Source of the DNA: Ramazzottius varieornatus
Lineage: Eukaryota; Animalia; Tardigrada
Assembly (NCBI GenBank): GCA_001949185.1
Contig: BDGG01000002.1
Span: 6,996,448-7,060,447 of the forward strand
DNA: 64,000 bases
Direction: 5' to 3'
Positions 13,925-27,097 of this stretch are shown piece by piece. The position numbers and the translations under genes are program-made. Numbering within the stretch: position 1 is the stretch's first letter; the number at the start of each line of letters is the position of its first letter. The notes beneath the pieces were generated by a model. That model was given only the letters and a program-made list of their open reading frames with translations, searched no databases and was not told where the DNA came from.

Positions 13925-15195
13925 CCAGCGCTGTTGTCTCTGCCGCCTAAAAACGTCTCGTAATATCGACAGCGTGTTCTTAACTTAGCCCAAGTGTTCG
14001 AAGCCAGCCACCCAGCGGCGAGCGCTGGTTCACGTACGGTAGTGGGACTCGTAAGATGGAATGTTGTTCGTTTCTACATCTGTCAAATTTGAAGATTAAC
14101 CGTTGTAAAAAAATGATGTATTATGTTTTTAAGAAGGAATGCGTTTTGATTGGGTGTTGTAATGCTCGATATCCGAAGATCTGTCAATAACGTACTCGGA
14201 TGTACTCTGCGGGAGCTCCGCAACGATCAAGAGCCTGTCCACATCCATCTTATCGATGTGGAAAAAATGGCTGGCATGCGTAAAGTGGCTGAAGGCTTGC
14301 CTTTTGTCACCTTGAAATATGATCTGTGGTCGGTTATCCGTTTTTGACATGCAGTATATCGGATAAGTTGAAAAATGTCTTGCGAGGGAAAATATTTACA
14401 TGCACTTTGTGTGATTACGTTATGGAATGGCGAAGCTCAAGAGCACTGCTGCCGGCGCCATGTCGCTCTCCGTATTGGCCAAGGTCGCTCTTGATAAGCA
14501 ATTTTGACTTCATAAATCATCCAAGATCTCAGAGATAAAAACGCTCACTCGCACAAATTTCACATGAATTTATTCAAGAGAATATGACATATTTTTGTTT
14601 TATTATTCAGCAGAAATCTACCCTAACATTACCAAAAAACAGCGCATGCATAATATCTTTTAATTTTTTTGAAGCTATTAGCTGTTAGAAGCAGTCTTCA
14701 TATCGCAAAGGAAAACAAGTGAAGAGTTGGTCTGCGGAATCATCAGCGGAGTATTTGTCTGGTTAGGGGCTTAACTTGAAGATTTGAAAGTTTTCCGTTT
14801 AAATGACGGAAATGGGATCATCTGAGTTCTATTGGACGTTTCTGATTGTTATCCGAAGACGTGTAAATTGTTTGTGAGTATCCGCGAGCTTTTGGCTTCC
14901 TGCTTGCTGGAGGAATTGTCGTTGACTTAAATTTGGTGGAATGAATGGATTCTGGGGCGAGTAGGGAAGTCATCCATGGGCGTTGCCCAGCTTATCAATA
15001 TTAACTTGGGAGATTCGAGCGGCTCATTCAACAGAGCATCTGGATGCAAATCAGATGGCTGTTCTTCTCTAGTCTTTGGTCTGTTCAGGGCAGCATCTTG
15101 GCCGTTAACATTGACTGTTCATTCCAATTTGGCAGATGCGATGTTGAACAGGAAGAATCGAGTATAGTGGCTGCACTTGGAATGATCACGCCAAA

Positions 15196-18100
15196 ATGAA
15201 TTCATCCGACGTTTGTATTGCAGGCTATCCTCAAGAGACATGGCAACGCGGCGAATCTCCGGCAAACGGAAATCCCGGAAGTATATTCTACATCAAGTAA
15301 GTTGTCTTAGCCAGCAGTCAAGTTTACACTTGTTATTTCCGCCCAGAGAGCATATGACAGTGACATAAGGATACGAGTCCTGCCTCGTCAATTAATTTAG
15401 AGATGGCGAAAGAGCATGGATTGGCTCTTCCGTCTTTCTCATGGTAATTTCTAATTGAAGTTGCAGCATAAAGAATTTGGGATGCTGATCCTGGCTGAAT
15501 GAAATTGTCAGGGCGTTAATACTGTTTGTATGTTTTGCCCTGGTTCGGTGACTCGCTGTGTAAGAAAGAAAAGGATCATGGGGCCTCCCGCAGATAATCC
15601 TTTTGGGCATCTGCCTTTTGCATCCGGGTCGTCGCGCCTAAGCTCAGTTTGTGAAGGATATCTTTCCTGGCTTTCCGGACCGAACCCGCATCTTAATGAA
15701 CTCGATTCTCTGAAAATTTTTTTCCCAAATACCCACGTCAGAAATATAGAAATACGGGTTTTTCTCGCGCTCCTCGTTTGACTCGGTTCGTGACTGGAGA
15801 GCGACGCAAAAGTTAGGCGTGTTTGGGGGGGGGGGGTAGTGTGTTAGTTCACCTGGGTCAGTTGAATACGGGTATCGGCGCACATGGTGAGCAGGTTCGG
15901 GCGGTCGACTGCGCGAGTTCCCGTGGACATGGCTGTAATTTACTGCACACGTGCAGCTGACTCGTAATAGGGAAAGTAGACGCTACGGGAAAAAAACTGC
16001 GGTATCTCTGCTAATTCGGTATGTGCACAGGTGCTTAGGTGGCTCTAATTGAGGAAGCAATGAGTCGCGAAAGCCAGTCGACGAAGCCGTAGTTCCTGCT
16101 GCTCATTAGCTCTGGTCATTGGATGGACGGGGAGTTCAGTCAGGGCAGGGTGTATGGCTTCCGATTCCATATTGCCGATCGTATCGAAGCAGATGTTCCT
16201 CAACGAACCATACCATTTCACGTAGGTGGATGAGGCGGGCTATTGAAAGGCTTTAAATGTCTGCATACGAAGTATGATGGCAGTGGAAGCTGGTCAGGGC
16301 TGAATATTACAACAATGACGGATGGCTGACGGACAGACGCTGGCTACTCATCGTACAGAGCAAATTTAAAGTTGACCGGCAAGGCGAATAAGGTAACTCC
16401 ACCTTTCAACTCTTCGGTAGGAAGAGAAGGGTGTTCTTGTTTTTAGGTGAAGTTTTTATACATCTATCGATTGTGATATACCTTGACGCCGACCACGTTT
16501 GCCCACTGTTAGTTTAATGCGCGGCTTGATAAAAGCTACAGCTAACGGAGGCTGGAGTGGAGAGCATGTGTAATCGTCGAGCGTATCTCCAGGATTTCCG
16601 TTGACGGTCGACACCTATACTTCCTATACTGTGTGTGTGTATGTGTGTGTGCTGTCTATGTACGAGTGTTGGGCGTTGAGTGTGTGAAAGTCATGGTGTG
16701 GCATTCGGGATAGCTACAGAGTACACACAGCGACCCAGCCGGGAGGGAACTGTTTCCTTTTTCAGTTACAGCACATTCTTCCCGGGATCGATGAGGTTAC
16801 ATCTGACTCTGCATTTTGTGTTCGCTGTGTGACAATCCATTTGCTATTGACAAACTATTACCCATATCTTAGTTGCCATAATCGGCGCAGTTTGCCCATT
16901 GTTGGGCTTTTCCATTGGCCGGCTATTGTGTCACGAATCGGCCCTTTGTCAACGGGAGAAAAGCAGGAGAGTGCCGTCGCACACCGGTGGAGTAAACAGG
17001 GTTATCCCGAGCCGCGTGTTCCTGCCTTTCCAGCGTAATATTTAATAATGGTTGAGGCGGTCAACGACGAGTCAGTTTTGTGCAATGCAACAGCTGCGCC
17101 TGATGCTGATGCCGTTCCGAGTATCCCCAGTTCGAGTTCGGCTTCGCCAAATGGCGACACCGCCGAAGCTTCTTCCCTTGTTGCCTCCACCACGGAATCC
17201 AAGCCTGATAGCGGTGTAAATATGGACATTGAGCTCCCTGCTGGACAGGGACAGATCGGCGGGGTCCCTCCGGTCGCGCCCCCTTCTCCATCGCGCAATG
17301 TCGTCGAAGCCATGTACAAACGACTTCCTCGTTTCTACAAAGGGTAATTCCTATCTGACTATTCTGTAGAAAATTATCTACTATTTTTAATGGGATGGAT
17401 TTTGAACAGGATGTGGTTTGACGAAGGTTGCTGTTACATTGCATGTTTGTCCTTGGTGAAGCGTCGGTTTGCAATTATCGTTTGTGAAGTAGGGGTTACG
17501 TAACAAGGGCGCACTTCCTCGGCTCTATTCGGTTCACTGAACCGATTTTATGTTTTTCTTCAACGAAATGCTGGGGAAACTGATGGCGTCGAAAAGCTCT
17601 TGAGGGGTTCTCCTCTGTGATTCTTTGGTAGCTGCGTAGTTCCACATTGAAACTGGCAGCTACAGAGATTGACTCTAATGTGCGACCAGCCATAAAGTCA
17701 TTACACACATCAGCAGATGCTCTCTGGGGGGAAAAGTGGAAAAAACACATGGTCATTGCCTGCTTGTTTGAAGATGATTTCTGGTTGGTAAACAAGTGAT
17801 TTAAATTTGTCTTTTCTATTTTTTATAGCCACAAGGAACATCGAACGCAATGGGACCATCCACTCCTTACCAAAATATTTGACGAGGACATAGGTAAGCA
17901 CACTGTACACACTGTAGAAAATCTGGCTGGAAGATAACGAGGTAAAGAACTATGCCAGATACCAAAATTGTGACATACGTTGACGGTTTGACCGTCTTTG
18001 AGGATCTTTCTGGCTAATTCTGTTTGCTCGTTTAGCTGATCGAGTATGCAGAAGTCAAATTGGGTCGCCAGCTTCTCAGTACCCAACATGTACCCACTTG

Positions 18101-21100
18101 TATTGACAGTTTAAACGATGCATGTGACGGGTTCCTTGGGCTTAAAACTTGATGTGTAGCCTTATTTGCTTCATATGGTGTCACATCTTAAGTGAGGGGG
18201 AAAGTGGTTCAAAGAATTTCAGGAAAACGGGAGGAAAGGTGCATGTGCGACCGAACCCGACATGCAAACACACTTTGGACTCTTTGATGGTCAGTTGAGA
18301 CGCGCAATAGCAGGCATGGTGATATCGATGACAGAAGACTTACAGTGGCATAAGTATATTTCAATTTGAGTTTATGCTTGGCGGAGTAACGTGTCAGCTT
18401 CGCCCATCAAAGAGGAAGTACGGGCACCTGCACTTTAAACAGTCACTGCTCATAAATCCCTGCTCCTGCCATTCTTGACTTGGGTCAGTGCCGCGCAACT
18501 GCCGGTGGCAGATGGGGAAACATGTTGGTAAGAGGCTGTGAAATATATATAAGATGCCAGCAGTTATCCCATGACGAAAGTAAAGAAGGCAATATGTCAT
18601 GGCTGGACATGCGTAATTATGACTGACCGATGAATACCGCGGTCACTTTTCAGCATGCATACACGCCCACGGGGATCGCCACTTGAATAAACAATAACTC
18701 ATTCCCGGCTCCTTTCCAATGTCACTTGCGCTCTTCAAAACTCGGACGGAGACTTTTGACGGGGAAAATTGAATTTCCACGTAATCACTCATTTTTTATT
18801 CAGTAAGGACCCTCGTCTAGTCCTTCGACACGGTGACACTGCTCCTTCCAATTCTTTTCCCGTTACATCTCAAAGAAATGAACGTTTCTTCGTAAGAGTT
18901 CTCTCCACTGAGTCCTCCAAAACGTCTCTCCATTCCCGTTGCGTTCAGTTGTAATTTAAAGTCCCAGTAAACGGAAGATGGAAGTATGAGACAGTGTAAC
19001 AGAATCGCGATAGTCGTACCGTCGGCGTAATGGGGAGAGACCTCGATTTCTACTTGACTTCCTCAAGCGGATGTTGGCTCTTCCCTTCTGGGTGGGATTC
19101 GGCCAAGGTTGTCTATTGTTAGCTATCTAGTCAACAGGAAGCTCCCCAGTTTGTTTCGGGCATTACAACCATCATGCGTGCAATAAATGGAGGAATGGCG
19201 TGCTAATTCGTCTTTTTACGGATATGACCATGCAATGCACATGGGGAGATGAGTCGTTTATAAGGCTGCAATGCCGCTGCATCACTGCAATAATCCAAGG
19301 TCTTTATTGTTAGAATATTGATTACGGAGCATGGTGAAGCATGTTTCCTCCGTATTATAGGAGGGTCTTAATTACGTATTAGTGTATGCGACAGATAGCA
19401 GAAGAAGAGTCCTTCCGCCATCAGGATGTATCACAAACGATGCGTCGGCACACGCGAGATACGCTGGCCGCCATTCGTACTCGACGGAGCATGAAACTTT
19501 CATCGCGTATCAATTGCAGCAAAACTGTTTTTCACAGGAAATACAGGTTTTCATGCTGTTTAGTCGCACTTGAAAATTCTGACTTATTCTTTGAGACCTT
19601 CAGATGAGAATGGCGCGGAAAAGCCCTCTTGAAAACTTGACACAACTTTGTCCAACACCAATTTGATGGCTGCGTTTAGACCGGCTTTCAGCGCGAAGCA
19701 TAGCCAGTGTTACATTTATTCATGGCAAATTAGGCGGAAGTTACCAGTCTGCGTTCCACCCTCAGTTAACATCATCTCTCGATGCGCATAAGAAGCGTAT
19801 CAACCCCAACAAAATTTTGATCGTGAGAATTTCATGCGGAAAATAATTTGCACCCCCTTTTCGAACTTTCCGCCCATGCGTAAGATATGCAGTAGGCAGC
19901 CTCCCCCAGCGTTAGGTGAAACTCGCGAGGGTTACTCAACGTATAAAATTCCTGAGATGGCTGGCTGAATCAGTCAGGTCTCTATCGAAATGATTTCGTT
20001 CGACAGGTCCTCGGCTCTATTCGACTGTTTAGAAATTATTTCAAAGTTCAGTGCCAAGAATTTGAGGTCCTCGCACATCAGGAGGAGGACGAAAAGTCCA
20101 AAGTTATTCTGATAGTCGGTAGCCGGCTGAAAAGTGTACGGTAAAGATTGTCCTATGTTGGATAGTCCTTGTAGATCACTTTACTGCCGCGAGGTGTCGG
20201 TGCTTAAGTCAAGCAGGTCCAGTTTCACTTTCTTTGAAATTGACCATTTTACGGTGCGTGCCTCTATCGGTGTGTCGTCGTCTTAGATGATGCCGCGAGG
20301 TCAGTCCTCATTCATTGGCCCATGTGGGTGTTATTGCCGGAAGCCAGCCAGCAAGCCATGGACGAGGGCTACTAAATACTCCCAGGAGGGACAAATTCTT
20401 GCATCTAGAATGGTGTTTTCAAAATTCATTTCTGACCAAGAGATAGAGATGCACAGTGTTGCGTGTTGTGCGCGAGATAGTTGTCGAACCTGTTTTTGTT
20501 GGGAGAGCCGGTCAGCGTGTGCAGTTTAACGGTATGTCGGTAGCGCGGTAAACGAAGACAAACATGGCACTTAACTTGCAACTTTCCACTCTGCTTGCTG
20601 TCCATGGCCAGTTTTATGACCGCTCTTTTACAACGCTAACTGAATTTTCATACTTAGTCGAAATCCTAAAGGAAGTTAGTGTACTTTTCCGCCCCTCGAT
20701 CCCGCGCAACCTACATGTAAAATGAGGCTGACAGCGGGACTTTAATAATGGCGCAATCACTGGGCGATAAACTGGCAGAAAGCAATGCCGTTCCATTAGA
20801 TTAGCTACGGTTTTAATCAAAAATCTCGGCCCAAGAATAACGGAAATGATGTTGACAAGTGGCAGCAATGCATTTTAGATTGCAGAATAAAATTTTCAGT
20901 CAGTCAGTCTGCCCGCCGATCTGAGAATATTTGACGCTGAACCGGTCAACGTCAAATGGCATCTCGCAACATGTGGTCATGTTCTCAGCGCTACTGCTAT
21001 ATTCAATAAAGATTCAGCTGCAAAGTCACGTCGGTATGGCTGTTTTGTCACATCAGACCAAGGGTCAGTCTCCATTATAAATCCGCGTAAAGTGAACCCC

Positions 21101-24100
21101 GAAAGGATTTAGGACCACTCTGCAGCGATTGAGGCCATTGATTTCCTTCGATTTTCCTTTGAAGTCTTTGCATTTTACAATTTCTACGGAAGTGAAAGTT
21201 TTCCCCAGAGTGGCTTACTTAAGCAATAACCTCCGGGCGTTTTAATTGCACTAACAGCTTATGGATCGTGCCGGCAGACAAGGCAAATAAGACAAATGTG
21301 TCGCCTCCATGCGTGAAAGATGAATAACACAATTTCGTCCTCCGATGTGCTTCCTTATTTGCATCTCAACGTGGGAGTCCTGTTTACAGGGTTCCTCCAG
21401 CAGTCATCCTCCTGAGTCATTTTCTGAATAATTATCAGCTGCCGTGAGTCCGTGACACATTGAAACGCCTCAAGAGGGGAGAATTACGTTACCAAAGCGT
21501 GAAAAGGAAACACGCAATGGTGCATACTTAATTAATGACTGTCCTTTTCGACAGGAAGAGGTCCTTCCTACAAGCGATGCATGTTGAGAGCTAGGCAAGC
21601 AAAACGTACCAAATCGTTGTATCTCAGGTGGCGCACATATTCGTTGTCATTGTCTAGAAGAATGCGCCGGTGAAGATAGCGATACTGTCTGTTTGTGAGT
21701 CAGGTTCGGCGTCCTGTTTCACTCTCGCTTAGGGGACCGGGATCTTTCAACATAAGTCCTGTTTGCGCAGACATCGATTTGGTAACTTGATGCCCGTCGA
21801 ATGTCGCCAAACATTTCCGTCAGATTACACGCATGTGACAGTGTAGCACGATGCAGAGCTCTAGTGCTTGTAGGGATGCGCGTCGGGAGTCATTAGTGTC
21901 CATTACGCATACTCACAGAATCGCACTTCCTTGTCTTTAACTATCCTTGATTTCCCGAAGCATGTAACTATAGTGCTGCAATAGGAATGGCTTCCTTGAC
22001 TAACGATGGATCCTATTGGGTTACACCCTACTTCCCAATGATCTGAAGACGTAAAAGGGGCCAATTTTCCATCGTCAAAGCTAACGATTACCGTCGTTGA
22101 GAAACTCTAAAAGCTCTTAAACGATCGAAAACAAAGAACCGTTTTTTTCCGTCGAAAAAAGGGAATCGTAAGACCTCAAATTCAAGTAATCTTCCAGCCG
22201 GAAGCCGTACAAAATATTCCATGGGAGTTATTTTTTGACCAATGGAAGAGTTTAACGTGGATTTGTTTTTAGCATCCTACAACGATGTCCGTTACGCCGC
22301 CTATCGAGCAGCTTTGAAATTTCGAGCGCTATGTCATCGACTCCAGCGTAAGTAACGGCGGTGTTTATTTTTACTGGCAGTTTCGTTAGATTAACAGGAG
22401 TGTTTATTTTCTGTGAATTTAGTCCATCAAATCAAGCTGACCACCGTTCGCAATGTGCTGAAACAACATGGCTACGAAGCGGTCTATCAGAATCAGACGC
22501 TCATTCCCGTGGTGGAGCTGGAGACACTTATGGCCGACATTTACCTGAGTGCTCGCCGCGAATATCCCAGCATTGATCAGCCGGAAACGAACGCCGAGCT
22601 GTTGCTCAGCTTGTTACTGAAACTGTACGACACCAGTCGATACGGCTGTGTCAAGCTGATTTCCGCCAAAATTGGCTTGGCCCTGCTGGCATCCGGCTCT
22701 TACCTGGAGAAATGGAAGTACATTCTGGGCGAACTTTTCGACTATAATCGCAGCCTAAGTCGCAAAAACGCCAATGCCCTTCTCCATGATGTGGCACGCA
22801 TACCTGAGGTGCGGTATGAGATTATGGGCCTATGGGTACAGTGACCTGTGTAAAGTTTTCCGTTTTGGGTCGATGCAAACGCTATATCGATCTGCTGTCA
22901 CCAGCGTTTTCTAACCTAATATCCCCAGTTTTTACTCTATGCAGCCACCACATTGTTTCTTAATTTTTCATAAACTTATCCAATTTTTAATGTCGCCATT
23001 ATGGGAGACCGGCAAACGAAGCGCCCAAGAGCGTCACCCTGACTGGCGCACATTTTCATGGCGCGTGACTTGAAGCGTGCGCCACTAACGATCTTGTACG
23101 TTTTGTTGGCGGCCTCCTTTGGTTTCTTCTGTAATCTTGGTTTGTATTTAATTGTGTTTCCACTTATTTTTCGAAACTTTCAGCGAAAGAGTATTGGGTT
23201 GCTATTTTTACAAGATAAGTTTAACCGGTTATTTCTTGTCACCGTAGGTTCTCGGCGAGAAGCGTCTTTTTGGTACGCACCTGGTACCCGCAGCCGTTGA
23301 CAGCTTATGGATTCGCGGTCATCCAACTACCGTGGGATTACCGGAGGAAGGTTTCCGATACTGGTTGAGAGACGAACCGCAAACACTCGTCTGGCTCAGC
23401 ACCAGCTATCGCATTCGACAAGCCGAAAGACTGCGCCATTTCGTCAAGTGCTCAATTTGCAAAGCTTATCCTATCATTGGACTACGTTACCGGTAAACAG
23501 ACATAAAGCTGCATTCTATAGGGTTCTGCCCTGGAGCTTACATAAAACATGACGCTGTACAGACTTTGTGTGGACCAGCGATCTAATGTTATATCTGCCT
23601 TTTATAGGTGTCTTCGATGCTACAACTATAACATGTAAGTTTACGACTCAAGCGATAAAAGTATGGCGACCTGATCACCGATGATTGAAATTGTCTTTCT
23701 CTCTTTTGACATCCAGGTGTCAGTCGTGCTTCTTTACGGGCAAGTTCAACAAGTCACATAGACTGCGCCATCCTATCCGCGAGTACTGCTCACTCGTCAG
23801 CGCCGGACAGGAAACCAAGGACCTCATCAAGATTATGAAAAATCGAGTCTTCAAGGGAGAACAGTACGAACAGAAACCCCGGTAAGACATTTCGTCAACT
23901 TGATTGCTTGATTTGACGGTAGTAAGACACTATCATCGTGGAACTTGATACCGGAATTTTCTGCGTTTTCGTTATGACTTGACAGTTTCGGGCATGCAAT
24001 ATGAGTTGTTTCAGGTATATGCCAATCTTACCCGATTCGGCTTCCGCCCTGGAAGTGGGTGCTGACTCTGAGCCCGAGACCGACAATCGTTCACGTTCCA

Positions 24101-26576
24101 CTGTGCCCAGCCACACGAGCTTTGGTACTCCATCCGGAAGTGTCAACACCGTCAACAAGAAAGACTTCGAGGTCGACGTGGAAGTCATCAGCGAGTTTGA
24201 CAGACAGGGATCCAGCTTAGGCCGCAGCAACACACATATCCCGCGGTCCGTATCAGAGCCGGTCGAAGCCCACTTGAGGTTCGCCCAAAAACAGCAGCAA
24301 CACGAGCACCCACATCAGTTCCAGCAGGTCGAGGAACACGAGGAAGTGCAGCAACTGCAGCAAGTACGTCAAAGTCCAGTTCGCCAGGGAAGAAGTCCGC
24401 TGTTGGCGGAGAAAGAAGTTTTCACATCTTCTGAGGAGGAAATGCCGGTGATGAAAGAACCCAGTCGTGTACAGACCCAGAGAGAAATTAGCCAGGTAAA
24501 CGTGGGTAATGAGGCGTGGGCAAATGAAACGAGCCACATCGTTATCCCTAGCGCCGCATGTTGCCATTAAAACTGGCTGGCAGTGTGCGCTACTTGGCAG
24601 GACGCTATGGTTCACATCATTTGCCTACGTTCCACACTGGAAAGAAAAATGAGTAACTTTTTGAAGTGTTGATTGGCTGTATTGTTTGAATGATATTATT
24701 TTCCAGATAACGGCCCAAATACTCAACTATGCCGAGGTAGACGTTCTTCTGCCCAAGTTGAAGATCGTACCGTTGAAGCAGGCGGCTCAGTCAGTGAATT
24801 ACAGTCAGGTGCAAGTACCCAAGGTCCCGTTGATCCAGGAACGGAAGTATGAGGATAACCAGGCATCTCACCGAGATAACAGCAAAGAGTTTTCTTCCAT
24901 CGACTATATTGACGATAGTCCACGGAGAGAACCGCAGCGATACGATGCCGCCAGACCAACGCATCCTACCAGTCTCTACCCCGCAGTGGTCGACAAGAGT
25001 TCTGTCCAGATCCAGACGGATTCGGAGGAGTTCAGGCCAACTGGGGTAGATCGATCCCATCAAAAATGGAATCAAAATGGGCAAATAATAATTGAGTTTT
25101 GTCTTGAAGGTGAAGGGAGACAACCATTTCGAGGACAACTGGAAAATTAACGGTCAGAGGAACGCACCTAACCGGTAAGTACGTCCAGAAACTTCGGCAA
25201 GCTACCGTGGGAATGTCGACTCTGCTCAAAACTCAAGCGAAAAATTAGGCAACGATTAAAATATGCTTGCATTGTGTTGAAGAGTGATTCGTGATCAGCG
25301 CGAAGACTTGAACCAGCGACTCGCTGCTGACTCGTCGGAATCATCTTCACCTGAGCTGTTGCTGAATGGCCGGCATTATCGCCAGCCGGCAGAATACAAT
25401 GCGCGCGAACGCGAAGCTATTCTGGAAAACCACTTGGCACGCCTGGAACGGACTCTCGTCGAAGGCCTCGGACCCATCTCGGTGGCCAGCACGAATTCCT
25501 CGTCGAATGGACGACCTGTCCACCTCGAGTCTTCCTCACCGGTGTGGAAAGTCGATACACGACAAGTTACCAACGGATATCATAAGGGTAAGAAACCAAA
25601 CAGTGTAGCATTCGATTAGTGGGATGACTGATTGTATTGATCTGTTGGTTCAGCGCAAACTCAACCTGATATTCGCCCGAACCCTTACATCACTCGAACC
25701 ACCAGCTTCAACGACAACTTCCACCGAAGAACCGACTCGCGGCTTCCCCCATTCCCAGTCGACAGTGCGACGAAGGCCAAAGCGTCTTCTGATCCGAATA
25801 CTCCTATGAGAAAGCTTCCCTCTGTACCTCCACGAAAAGAGTCCGTGAGTGAAGCGGATTCTTTCAACGGCCATCCGGCTTACCACCCCATTCTCGACGA
25901 ACTCGAAGAGAAGTTAAAGTCCCTCAACGCTCCCTTGTCTCAACGCGACCTCCGCCATCCGTTCTGGCGGCATGTCAGAGACAAGTTTGAAAACTTACTT
26001 GGATCTCAAGTCACCAAACCCGGTAAGTTCCTCCGACAGAATCGCCCCTTGTCATACACCTGCGTACATCCTCGTCGCAATCTATCACAGGTCGCTGTAT
26101 GCAGGTGCTTAAACTTTCTGTATCATTTTTCTCTTTTGTTCGATTGAATGTCGTTTTGTCGAGCCAATAAGGTTGTTTTGTGCTGACATTGTTCCATTGT
26201 TGTAGCATCGAGTGTGACATATCAAAGTTACGGGAAGATCGACAAAGACTATGCCAGGACGCCGGCGTCTTATGGCAACACTTCCCATACCAGCATGTGT
26301 CATCTGGACGTGACTGACGGACTGCTGCCCGTCATCAACCAGCCCAGTCCCAATGAATCTCAATCCAGCGGCTTCTCTTCGGGTCGCGAAACTGATCTGA
26401 AGTGGGAAGAGGATAGCTATAACGGGCCAGTACCTGGACGACTTCCGGCTCACAACTACCGAGCCGTACATCGCAGCAAGTCAATGGGCATGTCGAACCA
26501 TCGACAAGTCAATGATGACATTGCACAGTTGGACAAGTTACTGGAATGGCTCGATGAATTCAAACGTTCAGCATGA
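15196..26576 (+). CDS. Short dystrophin-family protein (DRP2/dystrotelin/Dah-like): WW + EF-hand region + ZZ zinc finger + low-complexity tail
   Basis: Exons ?-15296, 17829-17893, 22273-22347, 22423-22808, 23248-23492, 23608-23634, 23717-23882 and further exons to the stop at 26576. Spliced text: 'TWQRGESPANGNPGSIFYINHKEHRTQWDHP...SYNDVRYAAYRAALKFRAL', 'EPQTLVWLSTSYRI', '[33 protein letters not shown]...HRLRHPIREYC'. True 5' end uncertain. Confidence 0.85.
16630..16651. repeat. (TG)n microsatellite
   Basis: tgtgtgtgtgtatgtgtgtgtg, upstream of the alternative first exon. Confidence 0.85.
17048..17343 (+). CDS. Alternative first coding exon of the dystrophin-family gene
   Basis: 99-codon Ser/Pro/Ala-rich ORF ending AAA GG|gtaatt (phase 2), in frame with the acceptor at 17829, giving '...RFYKG|HKEHRTQWDHP'. 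Confidence 0.65.
21585..21700. mobile_element. Palindromic dispersed repeat, degenerate copy in dystrophin-family intron
   Basis: tgagagctaggcaagcaaaac...atcgttgtatctcaggtggcgcac...aatgcgccggtgaagatagcgat. Confidence 0.55.
23002..23118. mobile_element. Palindromic dispersed repeat, copy in dystrophin-family intron
   Basis: tgggagaccggcaaacgaa...tggcgcacattttc...gaagcgtgcgccactaacgatct...ttgttggcggcctcc. Confidence 0.7.
24510..24635. mobile_element. Palindromic dispersed repeat, degenerate intronic copy
   Basis: ggcaaatgaaac...cacatcgttatccc...gtgtgcgctacttggcaggacg...catttgcc. Confidence 0.55.
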
Positions 26577-26863
26577 ACATTTCTCGTTTAAAGAATTTCT
26601 ATTTGTACTATCGTCTATTTAAAATCGGATTGGTCTGTGGTGTAAGTGAATGTTGTGTATAAAAAGAGCGCGTGGTTGTTGTGATTGTCGAAAACTTTTC
26701 TACGAATCCTTTGTACTGTAGCGCTATTTTATGACGTAAATTCTGCCCTCAACTATTTCTCCATATGCAGGTTGCTATTGAATAAGCTTAGATGTTTTGG
26801 TCAAGAGCATCTCCACAAGATACGGCTGATTATTCGAAAAGCTCATAGAGAAAGAAGGAGGAA

Positions 26864-26985
26864 ATGGGACCTAGACGAAGATACTCAACATGATCAACAA
26901 TTTTCAAGTGGCGCACGCCTTCAGCCAATAACACCCAAAACTGCGCCACCTGGGACAAAAATAAAACATTTTTGTCGAGCTCCCA
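26864..26985. mobile_element. Palindromic dispersed repeat between convergent 3' ends
   Basis: atgggacctagac...ttttcaagtggcgcacgccttcagccaataac...ctgcgccacctggga...gtcgagctcccat. Confidence 0.7.
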
Positions 26986-27097
26986 TATGTTTGTTTGTCC
27001 AGCCTGACGGAAGATTCGTACAGTTTCGAACCGTGGACAAAACAAAAAGGGAAAAGAAAGACAGGACGCGAGGACCATTCATGCAAAATGTGAGGGT

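Noticed and set aside
21554-21595. Possible dystrophin-family exon 'KRSFLQAM'
   Set aside because: No phase-compatible donor; it runs into a repeat copy, and exon 17829-17893 already joins 22273 correctly.
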